DNA of 64,000 bases, from positions 2,667,104 to 2,731,103 of the forward strand of contig MU054098.1 of assembly GCA_013239625.1 (NCBI GenBank), in the 5' to 3' direction. The position numbers were made by a program, and so were the translations under genes. Origin of the DNA: Lama guanicoe. Lineage: Eukaryota. Numbering within the stretch: position 1 is the stretch's first letter; each line of letters opens with the position of its first letter. Below are positions 38,310 to 50,949 of this stretch, piece after piece. Below the pieces are notes generated by a model that saw only the letters and a program-made list of their open reading frames with translations, was not told where the DNA came from and did not search any database.

Positions 38310-38945
38310 TACTGCTAACTGTGCAAAGGACATCAATTCAATACTGTGCAGTAAAAGTTACATAAATCCAATATTAAACGATAGCATATGGGATAAATCT
38401 AAATCAGAGCACCATGTGCCTTCGAAACTGATTAATATCATAGAACACAACTCAGTTCAGACAATTCTTAAATGTGAAGAGCTATCTCATTTAATATTAT
38501 TAAGTTAGTTACCCAGAAGCAAATGTTCTTGGTTTTGTTGTTTTATTTTCAAGAAAAAAGTAGAAGCTTTTCCAATTTTTCATGGTTTAATATGATGTAT
38601 GACATCTGAACCAAGGAAATAGTTCTTATGATTTATTCCTTTTACCAATTGGTACCATCAGCTAATACAAAGTTGACAAGCTGGCTGACAGGAAAACAGC
38701 TGACTACAATGAGGTATGCTCAATATGGGGCTAGTTGTACATCCATCTGAATTTCCTTATTCACAACCCAACGTAATACTCCTTTAAAGTACTATTTTAA
38801 ATCAAAAGATAAAATAACCTTAAAGACAAATACAATAGTAACCACTGTAACTATCTAAATCACTTAAACACTAACATAAAATACTTTTTAAAAACCAAAA
38901 CAGCAAGAAAAATGGCAGTGCAAGAATACTTAATACTGCTGCATC

Positions 38946-39211
38946 TTACATATTCTGAGGTACATAATGAGAAGCTGAGGGAGGTGAAGCAATATAGCCA
39001 AGTGGCCCAGGATTCATAGCACCATGAATTTGAGAAGAACCACCATATGCTGCACTGACTGGATGCCAGGGTGCAACATAAGGATAATCCGGCACAATAG
39101 GAAGGCAAGAATCAAAACCTGGCAAAGGTGGCTGCCCATAGGGATCTGACATCACTGGATAATAGACTGCTCCATGAGGGACAGAGGCAGGGTCAGCATT
39201 TGGAAAAGTAC
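38946..39211 (-). CDS. ALG13: ALG13 terminal coding exon: (G)[37 protein letters not shown]...SHYVPQNM*
   Basis: ttgtttcag|GT acceptor; TAA stop at 38946-38948; matches the recalled C-terminus of ALG13 isoform 1. Confidence 0.96.
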
Positions 39212-40089
39212 CTGAAACAAAGAACACATACAGTACACGTCATATACAAAGATTAACTAAATATCAATATAAATGGATGTTCCTATGGGTAAAAATGAAA
39301 TTTACCACTAACTATAAGAAAGATCATAGCAATTATAGCAGGAGAGCTTTAGAGATGAACATTAGTGACTAAAACAGGCTACTAAAAGATTAGATGAAAA
39401 TTTCCTAATTAAAAAAATACATATGTGTGTACAATGTGTCAAATGTATTCTACCTATAGACAGCTATCTTTCTGGGATGATTTAGACTAAAATACATAAA
39501 GAAACGTTCTCTAGAGTCATTCTAGTCAATTAAGTTCTTTTAAGAGTTGATCACAATTGTTATGAAATAGTTTTCCAACATTAACACATACCATCCAGAT
39601 AACCATTCTGTGTAACTTTAAGCAATTAAAAACTCAGGTGGTTTTACAGTCTAGTCTATACTTGAAGGTAAAGTTCTGAAGAGCATCCTCTTTAGGACCA
39701 AACATTTAAGTGTCATCTCTTGAATGTCATTAAGATGCTAACATAATTTTAATTTTACAGCACTTTCACTACCATGAATCAGTTTCAGTGATAACAAACG
39801 ATGTTCCTACCTTATTACAGTGACTATGTATTTTTTAAAAAGAGCCCTCCAAGTTAATTGGGATAACTTAAGATTAGTTCATTTTGTGAAATTAAGACAG
39901 CCATTGTCTTGTATTTACTACAGTTAAAAATAGCTCTATAAAAGACATATGGTACACTGATACTTTAATTTTTATTTCCATGGGCCACATCACACCACCA
40001 CACAAGGGATAAGATTCTATAGTGCCAGTATTCCAAAACCATTAATATGCTTTAAGAAAAGAGAGGAGAGGAAGAAAATTCCCATCCCT

Positions 40090-40290
40090 CACATGCACCA
40101 GGCACAGTATACTTAAACATATAAGGTCTTATTTACTTCTTACAACAACCCTGGCAAGTCATAAAATATAATATTTCCCATTTTACAGAAAATCAGGCTT
40201 AGGGAGGTTAAGTAACTTAGCTGGAATCACAACCATCAAGCAGCAGTGCTATAATGGAAAACAGATTTGGTTAGGTTAGTCCACATCACT
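40090..40290 (-). mobile_element. MIR SINE
   Basis: cccattttacagaaaatcaggcttagggaggttaagtaactt. Confidence 0.75.
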
Positions 40291-40407
40291 TCTTCTACGT
40301 CCTGTCAATTCTAAGAAGGGTAGTCCAAAGATTCTATTCTTCAAAATGCTTCCCCATCTATATTATACCGTGAACTCATAAAGAGCAACTACCCTTATGG
40401 TTTGGCA

Positions 40408-41777
40408 TGGAGATCTCAAACTTTTTGGTCTCAGGATCCCCTTACACTCTTAAAAACTGAGGATCTCAAATAGCTTTTGTTTGTGTGGGTTTTATATACC
40501 AATATTTACCACGTTAGGAATTAAACTGAGAAAGTTAAAAATATTACTTCATGTAAAAATAAGCCTATAATGTTAGTACAAATTTTTATGACAAATGAGT
40601 CTATTTTCAAAAAAAGTTGTAAGACAAGTGGAACTGTTTTACACTTGTGCAATCTCTAATGTGTGGCTTAAGAGAAGACTGCTGGATTCTTATAACTGCT
40701 TCTGTATTTAACCTATTACGATACATTGTTTTAGTTTAAATATATGAAGGAAATCTGGCCTCATACAGATATGTAGTTGGAAAAGAGAGAAGTCTTAATA
40801 ACTACCCTTTTCAAATAACTGTAGATATTTTTTGATGCTACACCAAAACTAGGTAAGTGGTAATTTCTTGGAGGTCAGTAGCAATGTGAACTTTTCATAT
40901 TTTGTTAACATTAAAATCCATTGTCTTACCTTGCATTTTGGATAGATCTTTAACAGAATCATGCACAGGCAGCATCATAACATTGGTAACTGGTAAAGTA
41001 TTAGTTCACTGGGTTATACAGATCTCCCAAATGTTGACACATTTCATTTATACAATGTAAGAAACCACATTAATAGCCCTCCACTATCTATTTTATTAGA
41101 AGAGTTAATTAAGTATTGGGAAGCTGTCAAGCTCACAGTGGCAAATAAATACTAGAATTTTGGAAAACTTGTATTTGAAAGTTAGAATTTTTATCTTTGA
41201 CAAAAAATACTATCAGCTGTTTTTCTTGAAGTGATAGGCTTATGTAGTTCATTTGAGAAAATGTTTGTCAGATTCCCAAGTCTGAATAACGATAGTTGGT
41301 CTATTATTCTTTCAAGTAAAAATAGAGTTCTATGAAAAGTCAGCTAGTTCAGCTCGAAACTCAAGCTCACAAATCCTTTAAAGTTAATCATCATACGTCA
41401 GTATGCAAAGTGCTTTATGAATAGTTCCTATTTTGTCGCACAGAATATTAAGTATAATTATTCAAAGAAAAATTTACTAAAATAAGAAATGTCTTTGATC
41501 AAACAAAAAATAAATAAAACTGGCATTTTTGGATCATGAGTATTTGGCAGTGAGGAAGACACTAATTACTAGCAGTTTGGTGCCCCTGTCTTGATTTGTG
41601 TTTAGGTGCCAGCAATTCTACCCACCACTGACTTTTGTACTCTTAATGCAAATGTAATACAGTGAAAAAGATAAATAAAATCTGTGTATTATGATAAATA
41701 CTTTTAAACCTCATGGATCCCTTAAAAGGGTCCCAGAGACCCAAAGAGGTCCACATACCATGCTTTAAGAAATGCTG
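40408..41777 (-). mobile_element. Charlie1a-like hAT DNA transposon, near complete, in the last ALG13 intron
   Basis: Both ends match the recalled Charlie1 termini (tctcaaactttttggtctcagga...; ...gggtccc...tttaagaaatgctg); possible 8-bp TSD gtttggca/gtttagta. Confidence 0.8.
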
Positions 41778-41878
41778 GTTTAGTATATGGACCTAATGAA
41801 ATATCTGAAGGCTATAATTAAATTACACACAATAAAATTCAATTGTCTATCTTTCAGGGAAACTCATTACATACTCAC

Positions 41879-42059
41879 CATTTGCTGATATTTCTGACTG
41901 TGTGCCATCTTGTCTCCCCACCTCACTGTACAACTGAGGAATGGTTTGATCTACCAGAGGAGGTGGCTCAGTATAGACTGGATAATTCTCTACATGAAGG
42001 TGCTGGTGCTGCATCTGTGGCACATACACCATGGAGTGCCAGTAGCTGTGGTGATAGCA
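41879..42059 (-). CDS. ALG13: ALG13 exon: [60 protein letters not shown](G)
   Basis: cttgcctaag|TGC ... AATG|gtgagt; 181 nt, phase 0-1. Confidence 0.94.
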
Positions 42060-43461
42060 CTTAGGCAAGAAGGGGAAAAAACAAACACTTTACTGTTCCC
42101 TTTTCTTAAAGCAGTACCATTCTCCACTAAAAAAAAAAGTTGGGCCACGATTTTCAGATGGGGTAGCAATGACTTTTGAACTAAATAATATGACATTTAG
42201 GAAATCTATTCTTTTTTACAACGTTAAGATCTTTTGCAGCATCTGTATCTCCTATTTGAACCTAGAAATTCTTTTAAAAGATAGCATCCTAAGAAAGTTG
42301 GAAATGTACACAATGATCTGCATACAAAGATGTCTTTTATAGCATTATTTTTAAAGGCAAAAAACATTTAACAACCTAAATATTCAATAATAGAAAACTG
42401 GATGAATGAATTATGATATATCCATGATGGAATACAACACAGGCAATAAAAAAAATCATGCTGTCAAATATTTAAAGAAAAAGTGTCCATATTGTTTAAC
42501 TTACAAGTTTCCAAAATTACATAGCATAGCCCATATTTTGTAAAATAAATAAGCTGTAAGGAAGTATATCAAAGTATACAATGGTTGTACAGGTGGTTTC
42601 AGTGTTCTTTATAATTAGTATTTTCCAGATGTACTATAATGAATGCTTTTACTTTTAATATGAGAAAATATTAGAATATCTATTCTGTGTTTCCTTGTGT
42701 TCCCATGATGTAATATGAGGTAGAATATTTTAAAATGCTTCAGCCTTGTGGAATGAATCACAATGTTTCCACATGTGACTATAATAAATAAACATAACTG
42801 AAGGGGCAAGCACTTTAAATTCTTGAAACTGGTTTTAGGAAATATCATCTCAAAGAACAAAAACCCACTCCACTACTCTTAATACATAAATATGTGCCAG
42901 TTGAGGAAGACAGTTTTCTGGAAATATGTGCAAGGTTTTAGGGAAATCAGTGTCTTAGAAAATATGAGCTAATCTGAGTACTATTTAGGAGACTATCAAG
43001 TTTGCTATCATCTCCCAAATCTTAAGATGCATCATTTCTTTTCATGAAATATGCCATCTTGCTATCTTATAAGTGTATTTCAGTGGGAAAATGATCCCTG
43101 CAAGAATAAAGTAAAAGAGTTCTTATCTGAAATCACAGATGCGTTTCAGTGATAGTAAGATATCTGTCAGTACTCCCCCTTCTACCACTTAGGGAAGTGG
43201 TGAAAATCAGTGTTTGGCAAACATCTATGAGCACATGAGTGCTTTAAAAATAATACAGCTTTTTAAACGTCTTTGAATTAGTCTAATTACTTTTTGCATG
43301 AAATACAGAAATAGCTACAGAAATGCTTTAGGAAGCTGGATAAATAATCCATTTGTTATTTTGAGACAGAAAAACATAGCAAAGAGTTGGCATGTGATGT
43401 TAAAGATGGAGGCCAACAAATGCTAAGGTTGTAATATGTACAGCCCCCACTTGCAGCAACC

Positions 43462-43622
43462 TTTTTTTTTTGAGTAAAGGTAGACTTATTTAGAGATATA
43501 TCGAAAGGCAAGAGAAAGGCCACGAGGTGTTGGGGGTTGGGTGCTCAGGTTAGAGTAGAAGTAAGTACACACTCCATAAATAAAGTGCGGGCAGTCTCCA
43601 AAGAGGGAGAGAGAGAGGGCCA
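43462..43622 (-). mobile_element. Short poly(A)-tailed retrocopy resembling an ERV1 (MER41-like) LTR R region
   Basis: T10 run on the + strand, AATAAG upstream of the tail on the - strand, flanking direct repeat cagcaac (43454-43460 and 43623-43629). Confidence 0.65.
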
Positions 43623-43739
43623 CAGCAACTATTTTATAAAAGAAACTGAAGCACTAGTAGACTAAAGTAGAAAACCCAACCTATGTTATCTACAGAGATA
43701 TTAGACAGAAATAAGTCTCACAGCGATCGTGGGTTTTAA

Positions 43740-44238
43740 ATCAACAGATGACTGGATAAAGAAGTTGTGGTATATTTATACAATGGAATACTATTCAGCC
43801 ATAAAAACAACAACATAATGCCATTTGCAGCAAGATGGATGTCCCTGGAGAATGTCATTCTAACTGAAGTAAGCCAGAAAGAGAAAAATACCATATGATA
43901 TCGCTCATATGTGGAATATAAAATAAAAAAAACAGAAGACAAATGAACTTAAATATAAAACAGAAACAGACTCATAGACATAGAATACAAACTTGCAGTT
44001 GCCAGAGGGGAGAAGGGTGGGAAGGGACAGACTGGGAGTTCGAGATCTGTAGATACTGACAGGTATATATAGAATAGATAAACAAGTTTATACTCTATAG
44101 CAGGGAAATATATACAAGATCTTGTGGTAGCTCATGACGAAAATATGACAAGGAATATATGTATGTTCATGTATGACTGAAAAATTGTGCTTTACACTGG
44201 AAATTGACACAACATTGTAAACTGACTATAACTCAATA
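43740..44238 (+). mobile_element. 5'-truncated L1 3' end, related to 8760-9330
   Basis: Strong similarity to 8797-9300 in this window. Confidence 0.92.
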
Positions 44239-44340
44239 AAATAAAATTTTAAAAAAAGAATCTGATTATGTTAATACCAAAACAAATTATATTTTTAATA
44301 TAGAGTTAGTTTATCAAAGCAATTTTTACAGGATTCTTAC

Positions 44341-44381
44341 CTGCAATCCCAGATTGAAATAGTACTGCAAAACTTTTGTAT
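44341..44381 (-). CDS. ALG13: ALG13 41-nt exon: (D)TKVLQYYFNLGLQ
   Basis: aattttag|AT ... CAG|gtaaga; phase 1-0; the YYFNLG motif is shared by the OTUD4/ALG13 family. Confidence 0.93.
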
Positions 44382-45299
44382 CTAAAATTAAAAATTTTAA
44401 TTTTAGTAACTAGATGACATAATCAATTAAAACTACCACTTAAAAGCTTTTCTCTTTGAGTATTAAGGGAGATAACAAATATAGTCTTCCCATATCAATA
44501 CAACCCTCAATCCTACCTTATAGTAAATAACCATTTACCTACCACTATAGATAATATCATTTTCTGATCCAAGGTTTAATCACCAAATACATATTTTATT
44601 TCTATTCTTAATATTAGGCAGATGTTACACGAATGCTACTCTGCCAACATTTAGGCAGAATCTAGTAATGGCATTTTCTTGCTTGTCTCAAGACTAAAAG
44701 TTTACTTTAATACAAATATGCTACATATGAAATCATATTGGTCTTCAGCTAATGGAGCTACTACATAGTACAAACTAATGCTCTTCAAATGCCAAGATTA
44801 GTGATGCCTACTGAGATACTTAGCACTGTTTGAAATAATTCACCTTGTTTTTACATAACATGACTAATGTACCACCACTGGAACTCCAAAGAGAGGAGGC
44901 AATGAGCATGGTAACTCGAAACAGTTATATCCAGAGATGATAAAATTTCTTCAGACACAGAACTTAATTAAAATATTTTATAAATGAACAAAAACTAGAT
45001 GTATGAGGGAAGAGGGATAGCCTTAACACTCTAATTATATCTCTAAATGTATTTTTACTGATTAATCTGGGATCCATGTATATTCTTATACATAAGATAA
45101 CTTGAGTTCCACTAAGAAACTCTCAGAAAACCCCTTTTCTTATGTTGGAGACTCTCAACACATACAAATGTATTTACTGTCACTTTAAAATACTCAGCTT
45201 GTATTTTGACTGTTAGGTGGGAGTATAGCATAAAGCCTGATGCTCAAGCTAAAGAATGTGAAAAGATAATAGCAGGAAGTAAATTCACAAATGGCATGG

Positions 45300-45850
45300 G
45301 ATTCCACCCTGTGGTATATACATACAACAAAACAAAACTTGTATACAAAATATCCATAGCAATATTATTCACAATAGCACGAATGGAAACAACCCAAATG
45401 TCCATAAATAGATAATAAACATTGTAAACTGACTATATTTCAACTAAAAAAAAGATAATAAAATATGGTATATATACACAATGGAATGTTTTTCAGCCAT
45501 AAAAAAGAATACTGATACATGCTACAATACGGGTGAACCTTGAAAACATTATGCTAAGTGAAAGAAGCCAGCCAGAAGACAACATATTGTGAGATTCCAT
45601 CTATAGGAAATGTCCAGAACAGGCAATCTACAGAGACAGAAAATAGAACAGCGGTTGCCAGGGCCAGGGAGAATGAGGAGTAACTGCTAACGTGTACGGG
45701 GTTACTTTTTGGGGTGATGAAAATGTTCTGAAATTAGATAGCAGTGATGGTTGCACAAATACGTTAATACACTGAAAAGCACTGAATTATACACTTTACA
45801 TGGCTGTCTTGTATGATATGTGAATTATATCTCAAGCTGTTAAAAAAATG
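45300..45850 (+). mobile_element. L1MB-like 3' end
   Basis: gtgaaccttgaaaacattatgctaagtgaaagaagccag...ggggtgatgaaaatgttctgaaattagatag. Confidence 0.85.
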
Positions 45851-46059
45851 TGGCAGGTAAGGACTATAAGAACTCAAAAACTCTGAAATGCAATTGAGGG
45901 GGTGGGGTCATGAAAATGACAGGGTTTAAATAATAGGAAGTTAGATGGAAGAGTAGAGGGAGAGAGAATTCGAGTAGAATCACCATGTTAGCAAAGGCTT
46001 AGGAGTAGAAAACCAAGTGACCAGAGTTCTTGTTCTTATAAAACTAAACAAACACGTAC

Positions 46060-46900
46060 TATGACTCATCAATTCACCTACTATGACCCATCAATTTCAC
46101 TTGTAGGTATCTGCCCAAAGGAAATGAAAGCATACGTTTGCAAAGCCTTTTACAAGAATGTTCACAGCAGCTTTATTCATAACAGACCCAAACTAGAAAA
46201 TAGCCCAGGCGTCCCTCAACGGGAGAATGGACAAACTGTAGGATATCCGTAAAAAGAAACACTATTCAGCAATAAAAGCAAACAGACTACTGACATGCAG
46301 CAACATGGAAGAATCTCAGAAACATTATGTTGAGTTTAATAAGCCTTCCATAAAGAGTACATTCTATATGATTATTTTTACATGAAATTCTAAAACAGGT
46401 GAAACTATGGCAGAAAAAAAATCAGAACAGTGGTTTTCTCTGGAGCTAATCAGAGATGGGAGTAGGGAAAGACTGGGAAGGGGCATAAGGGAACTTTGTG
46501 GGGTAATGGTAATATTTTATACCTTGATGGGGATTTGGGTTACACAGGTGCATGTACTCATTTCTGAAAACTGAGCAAGTGTATATTTAAGATTTGTGCA
46601 TTTCATGATATGTAAGTTTCACATCAAAAGAAAAAATAAATACCAAACTCTAGTTAATGATAGGTATATGCTGAAGGTTTTATGAGGAAGAATGTCGATG
46701 TCTATAATTTACTTTGAAATGCACCAAAAAGATGGACTAATTGATGGGCAGAGAGGCAGATGGAGGAAAGGATGGAGAAATATGTAGTAATCCAAGTACA
46801 GTTAAAGGTTAACGACAGAATATAGGTGGTGGATATATGACTATTCATTTTAAAATTCTAATTCCATGTATGTTTAAACATTCTCATAATAAAATGTTGG
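46060..46900 (+). mobile_element. L1MC-like 3' end
   Basis: cctactatgacccatcaatttcacttgtaggtat...; 3'UTR similar to 27950-28720. Confidence 0.8.
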
Positions 46901-47901
46901 AGAAGGCAAAATCAGCATTATGTGCTGAGTAAATCTTGGGCAGGGATAGGTAGCTAAGGGGACAGGAGTAAATGGATCAGGGTTTAGACAGTGGGTAAAT
47001 TAGATGGAAATCATACCATATTAACAAAACGGGAAACCAAGAAGAGTCAATGTTTTGCATGGCCTAAAGAGAAGAAAGGAGGGAGATAAAGTCTAAAATA
47101 AAAGTAAGAACGCCAAGTGAAAAAGTCCAGCAAGTAGGTAGAGGCCAAAGCTAGACAGATTTAAGAATCATATACATAAAGTTAATAATGAAGTTTTAAG
47201 GAAGAGAAAAAGAACAGAACGGAGTTGAAGATCTTGGTAACTAACTTAGGAGCTGAAAAAAACCAAAATAGAGAAGCAACTAGAAAAAAATCAAAGAACT
47301 GTTACAACAACAAAAAAGTATAAATAAGCTGCAAACAACTTTCAACTACAATTTTCTTTTGAGATACACTGCCAAACTGAGGGGTAACAAAGAACTTCCA
47401 ATGGAAGGCTACTCCTTAGTTTAATTAAGGAAACAACACATGGTTTTGAAATCCAAGGCAGATCAGATCCCCAATTCCTCCCCTCAAAATCTTTTCCAAT
47501 TCTTCAAAATTCAGTTGGAATCCTAAATACCAAGATTGCAACAATTTCATTCACTTGGGGTAGTCATTTAAGAAAAGGAGAAAAATTTATCATCAACTCC
47601 TGCTTTTCAAGAAAAATAGCTGAGAAAGTAGATATCCAGTTGATAATCTTCTTCAGAGCAGATGTGTAGCTACCTAGAAAAGCAGCATAGGTCAGCTCAA
47701 CCATCCATTCCTTGATTATGCAGAAGATATTCCCAGCTTTCAGTTGCTCCTTTCCTTAGTCACTTACCTAGCATTATGCTCTTAAGTCAATTTCCTTTTG
47801 GTCCCTCACCTTGTCCTCAACCAAAGAGAGATATGCTCTAAGATTTAAAAAAAAATGCTCAGAACTAAGTAACCCTCACCGAAGTCTCAAAATCTACTTA
47901 C

Positions 47902-48090
47902 CTTGAGGCAGATCACTGCCACTTGGATCACAGGAATAAGGTGGAGGTGGTGGTAGTAAGTTTGAAGCTTCTCCCACCTCAAGAGGAGGAGGAGGTGGTG
48001 GTGGTGGAGGAGGTGGAGGTGGTGGTGGTGGTGGTAGAGAGACAGCAGGAATAGGAGCAGAGAGGTATGGATAGGATGGTGAAGCAATCA
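47902..48090 (-). CDS. ALG13: ALG13 polyproline exon: (V)IASPSYPYLSAPIPAVSL-P17-LEVGEASNLLPPPPPYSCDPSGSDLPQ
   Basis: tttttag|TG ... CAAG|gtaagt; 189 nt, phase 1-1; YSCDPSGSDLP motif. Confidence 0.94.
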
Positions 48091-50026
48091 CTAAAAAAGA
48101 AACAAAACGAAGTAGCAATGCACAACTGTAACACCTTATAAGCAATAGATCATATTCCATTTCTTTTGAGTTCCCAATATCGTCAAGCAACTCTAATTCT
48201 CATGATTTGACTTAAAAACAAAAACCTAGAAGGTAAATTGCCCATATTCTCTTAGACATGTCAGCTGAAAATGAGGAGTTCATTACAGGTTATTTTTGGG
48301 TTAAGGAAATTACTTGAAATTAAAAGGAAAAAAAACAGAAGCTACAGAGGTCTGATTATCAAGATTTTGAATATCAGCTAACAGGTACCATAAAAAGTAC
48401 CATGAAAGCAAAATTTTTACCTAGTTTACTACAAAGTTAAGGATATTTTCAGCCATTTGCCAAATCACAAGATGTAGAAGCTAATAAGAGAGACTAAATT
48501 GCATAGATTATAGATTTAAGCAATTTGAAGGTTTCTACTTGGTAGCATCAGAGGAATACAGGGGGAACTCTAAATTGTGACAGTTCCATTTCTAAGGACA
48601 TACAGAATCTAAAACAGATAGGCTAGATCAACTATCTTATCCCTTTAACTTTCTGTAAGTGTTATTATAGTTTAAAAGTAATACTCATTTAGGAGCTTCA
48701 CAGTTTTTGACATAATAAATTCAAATACAATTATGTTTAAGTATAAATATATTCCTCTATGATAATAAAGGAAACAGTGTGGTTCCAATCTAGTGAAAAT
48801 AAGTATCTCCATATATACATAGTATGCTAAATATTTATTAAATTTTTTGAAAGATGAATGACACAATCCTTCATGTTTAATTGAACATTTTAGCTGATTT
48901 AGAAATTCAAGCACTAAATCTTACCACTGTGTCACCTGCATTATAATTTTATCCCTGAGAAGTATAGAAAGTTTAGTCTCATTGTTCAGTAAAGGTTTAA
49001 TTGAGAATTTCAGAACGCTTAGTTTAGTACAGGAACAGTCCACACAAGCTGAATTTGTTATTCTGGTAATTTAGCAAGAGGAATTTAAGGCTAAGTATTA
49101 GAAGTAATCCACATTGCTTTCACTAATCAACATAAATTCTAACAATACATTTATCTATATCCTTTATACAGTCACAGGCTAATATTAATAGGAGATCTAT
49201 GTCTTAGGGTGATTTAAAACTTGATAAACAACTCTTTTAGAGTGATAAAACTGTTCTCTCATGATTGTGGTGGTGGTTACACAACTATGCATTGTCAAAA
49301 CCCAGGGCACCAAAAAATGAATTTTACTGTATCTAAATTAAAACAATAAATTTTAAACACTTGCTCAAATAACTGTTTTGGAGTTTTGCCTTATGTGTAG
49401 AAATCTCTACTTTTACAGATTTAAAAGAGTAATTTTAGAACATCTCCAAATGCTCTTTAGACTTTATGGATTTGTTGCCTATAAAATAATGGCTTCAATA
49501 AAGCTCCACTCTCACTCCTTTTAAACTGGCACACAAATCACACCATTTTTTAAAAAGCAAACTGAGTAAGTTCAACTAGCTAATGACAGTAGAATGTATT
49601 TATGATTATTAGGTAAAAACCTACTACTAGACATAGAGGTAGCTATGTAAGTTCTCATGGGCCTGAGAAAATCAACGGCAGAAGAAATTTGGAGGTTACT
49701 CTGTCTGAATTCACCTTCCTTTTAAAATGCATATTACAATAAGCTCCATAAGAAAAAGCTTTTAAAATCCCCAGGTGCCCTAGAGATGCATGAGCACCTA
49801 ATTCAAAGATTTAACAGGGCTCTATGGGCTTAACAGGTATAGTATAGTTCAAGGGATGGACCCAGGACAATGGAAGCAAATTTTTCTAAAATATTAATGG
49901 AAACCAATGAAACACATTCAGAAAGCTTATTTCCCCCTGTCCATGTAGCTGCAGTCTGCTTCAGGACATTCCAGAAGAGAACATGAATATATATAGTAAG
50001 ACCCTACTTCTCTAGAGATCAAAGGG

Positions 50027-50374
50027 CAGGGCTGGGACTAGGGTGCAGTGAGGTGTGAAATTTAAAGGGCCACAAAATTAAAGCAACAACAACAATAAAA
50101 ACCCATGATACAGAAAGTATCAAAATTATAAAAGACAGGCTCCAAGCCTGCACTTGCATGACCCCAAAAGTGAGTGCCTCACTCACCCTAAGCCTGGCCC
50201 ACAGTTACTGTCCTTATTTAAAATTTTGGTACTTTGTTTTTCATGGATTTTTCTGCATTGATCTTTGTTTTTTAAATAGTGCACTGAAGTATTATTTATC
50301 TTGATCGTTGTGGGTTTTTTTGACACTCCCTTAAACCTTGCATCCAGAGCAAGTGAGCCACTAGTTCTAGCCTG
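50027..50374. mobile_element. MER96B-like hAT-Tip100 non-autonomous element
   Basis: Terminal inverted sequences cagggctgggactag ... ctagttctagcctg, plus internal inverted blocks. Confidence 0.7.
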
Positions 50375-50949
50375 GGCAAAAGCAGTCCAAAACAGTTACT
50401 AAAACCCTCAGTTAACAGGATTTAATGCCTTATGAGGACACTCATAATAAAATCAGTCATGGCATCTAGTTACCTGGCAGATAGAAAGTAACTTAAAGAA
50501 GGATGGGATGGGGCTACCAGATAGACACACGAATAACAATGGAAAACATGAGTTGTTTCATCTAGAGGACTGACAGGACTGACAGGAATGATAAAGAGCA
50601 GCCATTACCTAGTAGAGTTATAACTGAGGTTCACAAATGACTTAACAAAAAGTAAAATGAAGGCAGTATACATTTTTAGAAATATTTATAAAAAACACAA
50701 ATCTGGCATTTAAAGGATAAACTTTCAATTATTCTACATAAATGAGGCATTACAATGCTTGACTCACTTGTCACTTGTTTTTAAGCTCAGACATTTGCTG
50801 GAAGCAGACAGCTAACATTTTCCCTTATAATTAGCACAAAGTAGTAAAACCAGGGTCTACGTTAACATTTCCAATGAAAAATGTTTATGGTGTTTAATGA
50901 ACATATATATTGCATGTTTTGTTCCAGGCACTGTGATTAAGCACTTAAT

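Noticed and set aside
43715..43740. CpG-containing filler at the 5' junction of the L1 at 43740
   Set aside because: It is too short to assign, and no convincing TSD defines it.
47887..48087. Poly-His ORF
   Set aside because: It is an alternative frame of the ALG13 polyproline codons.
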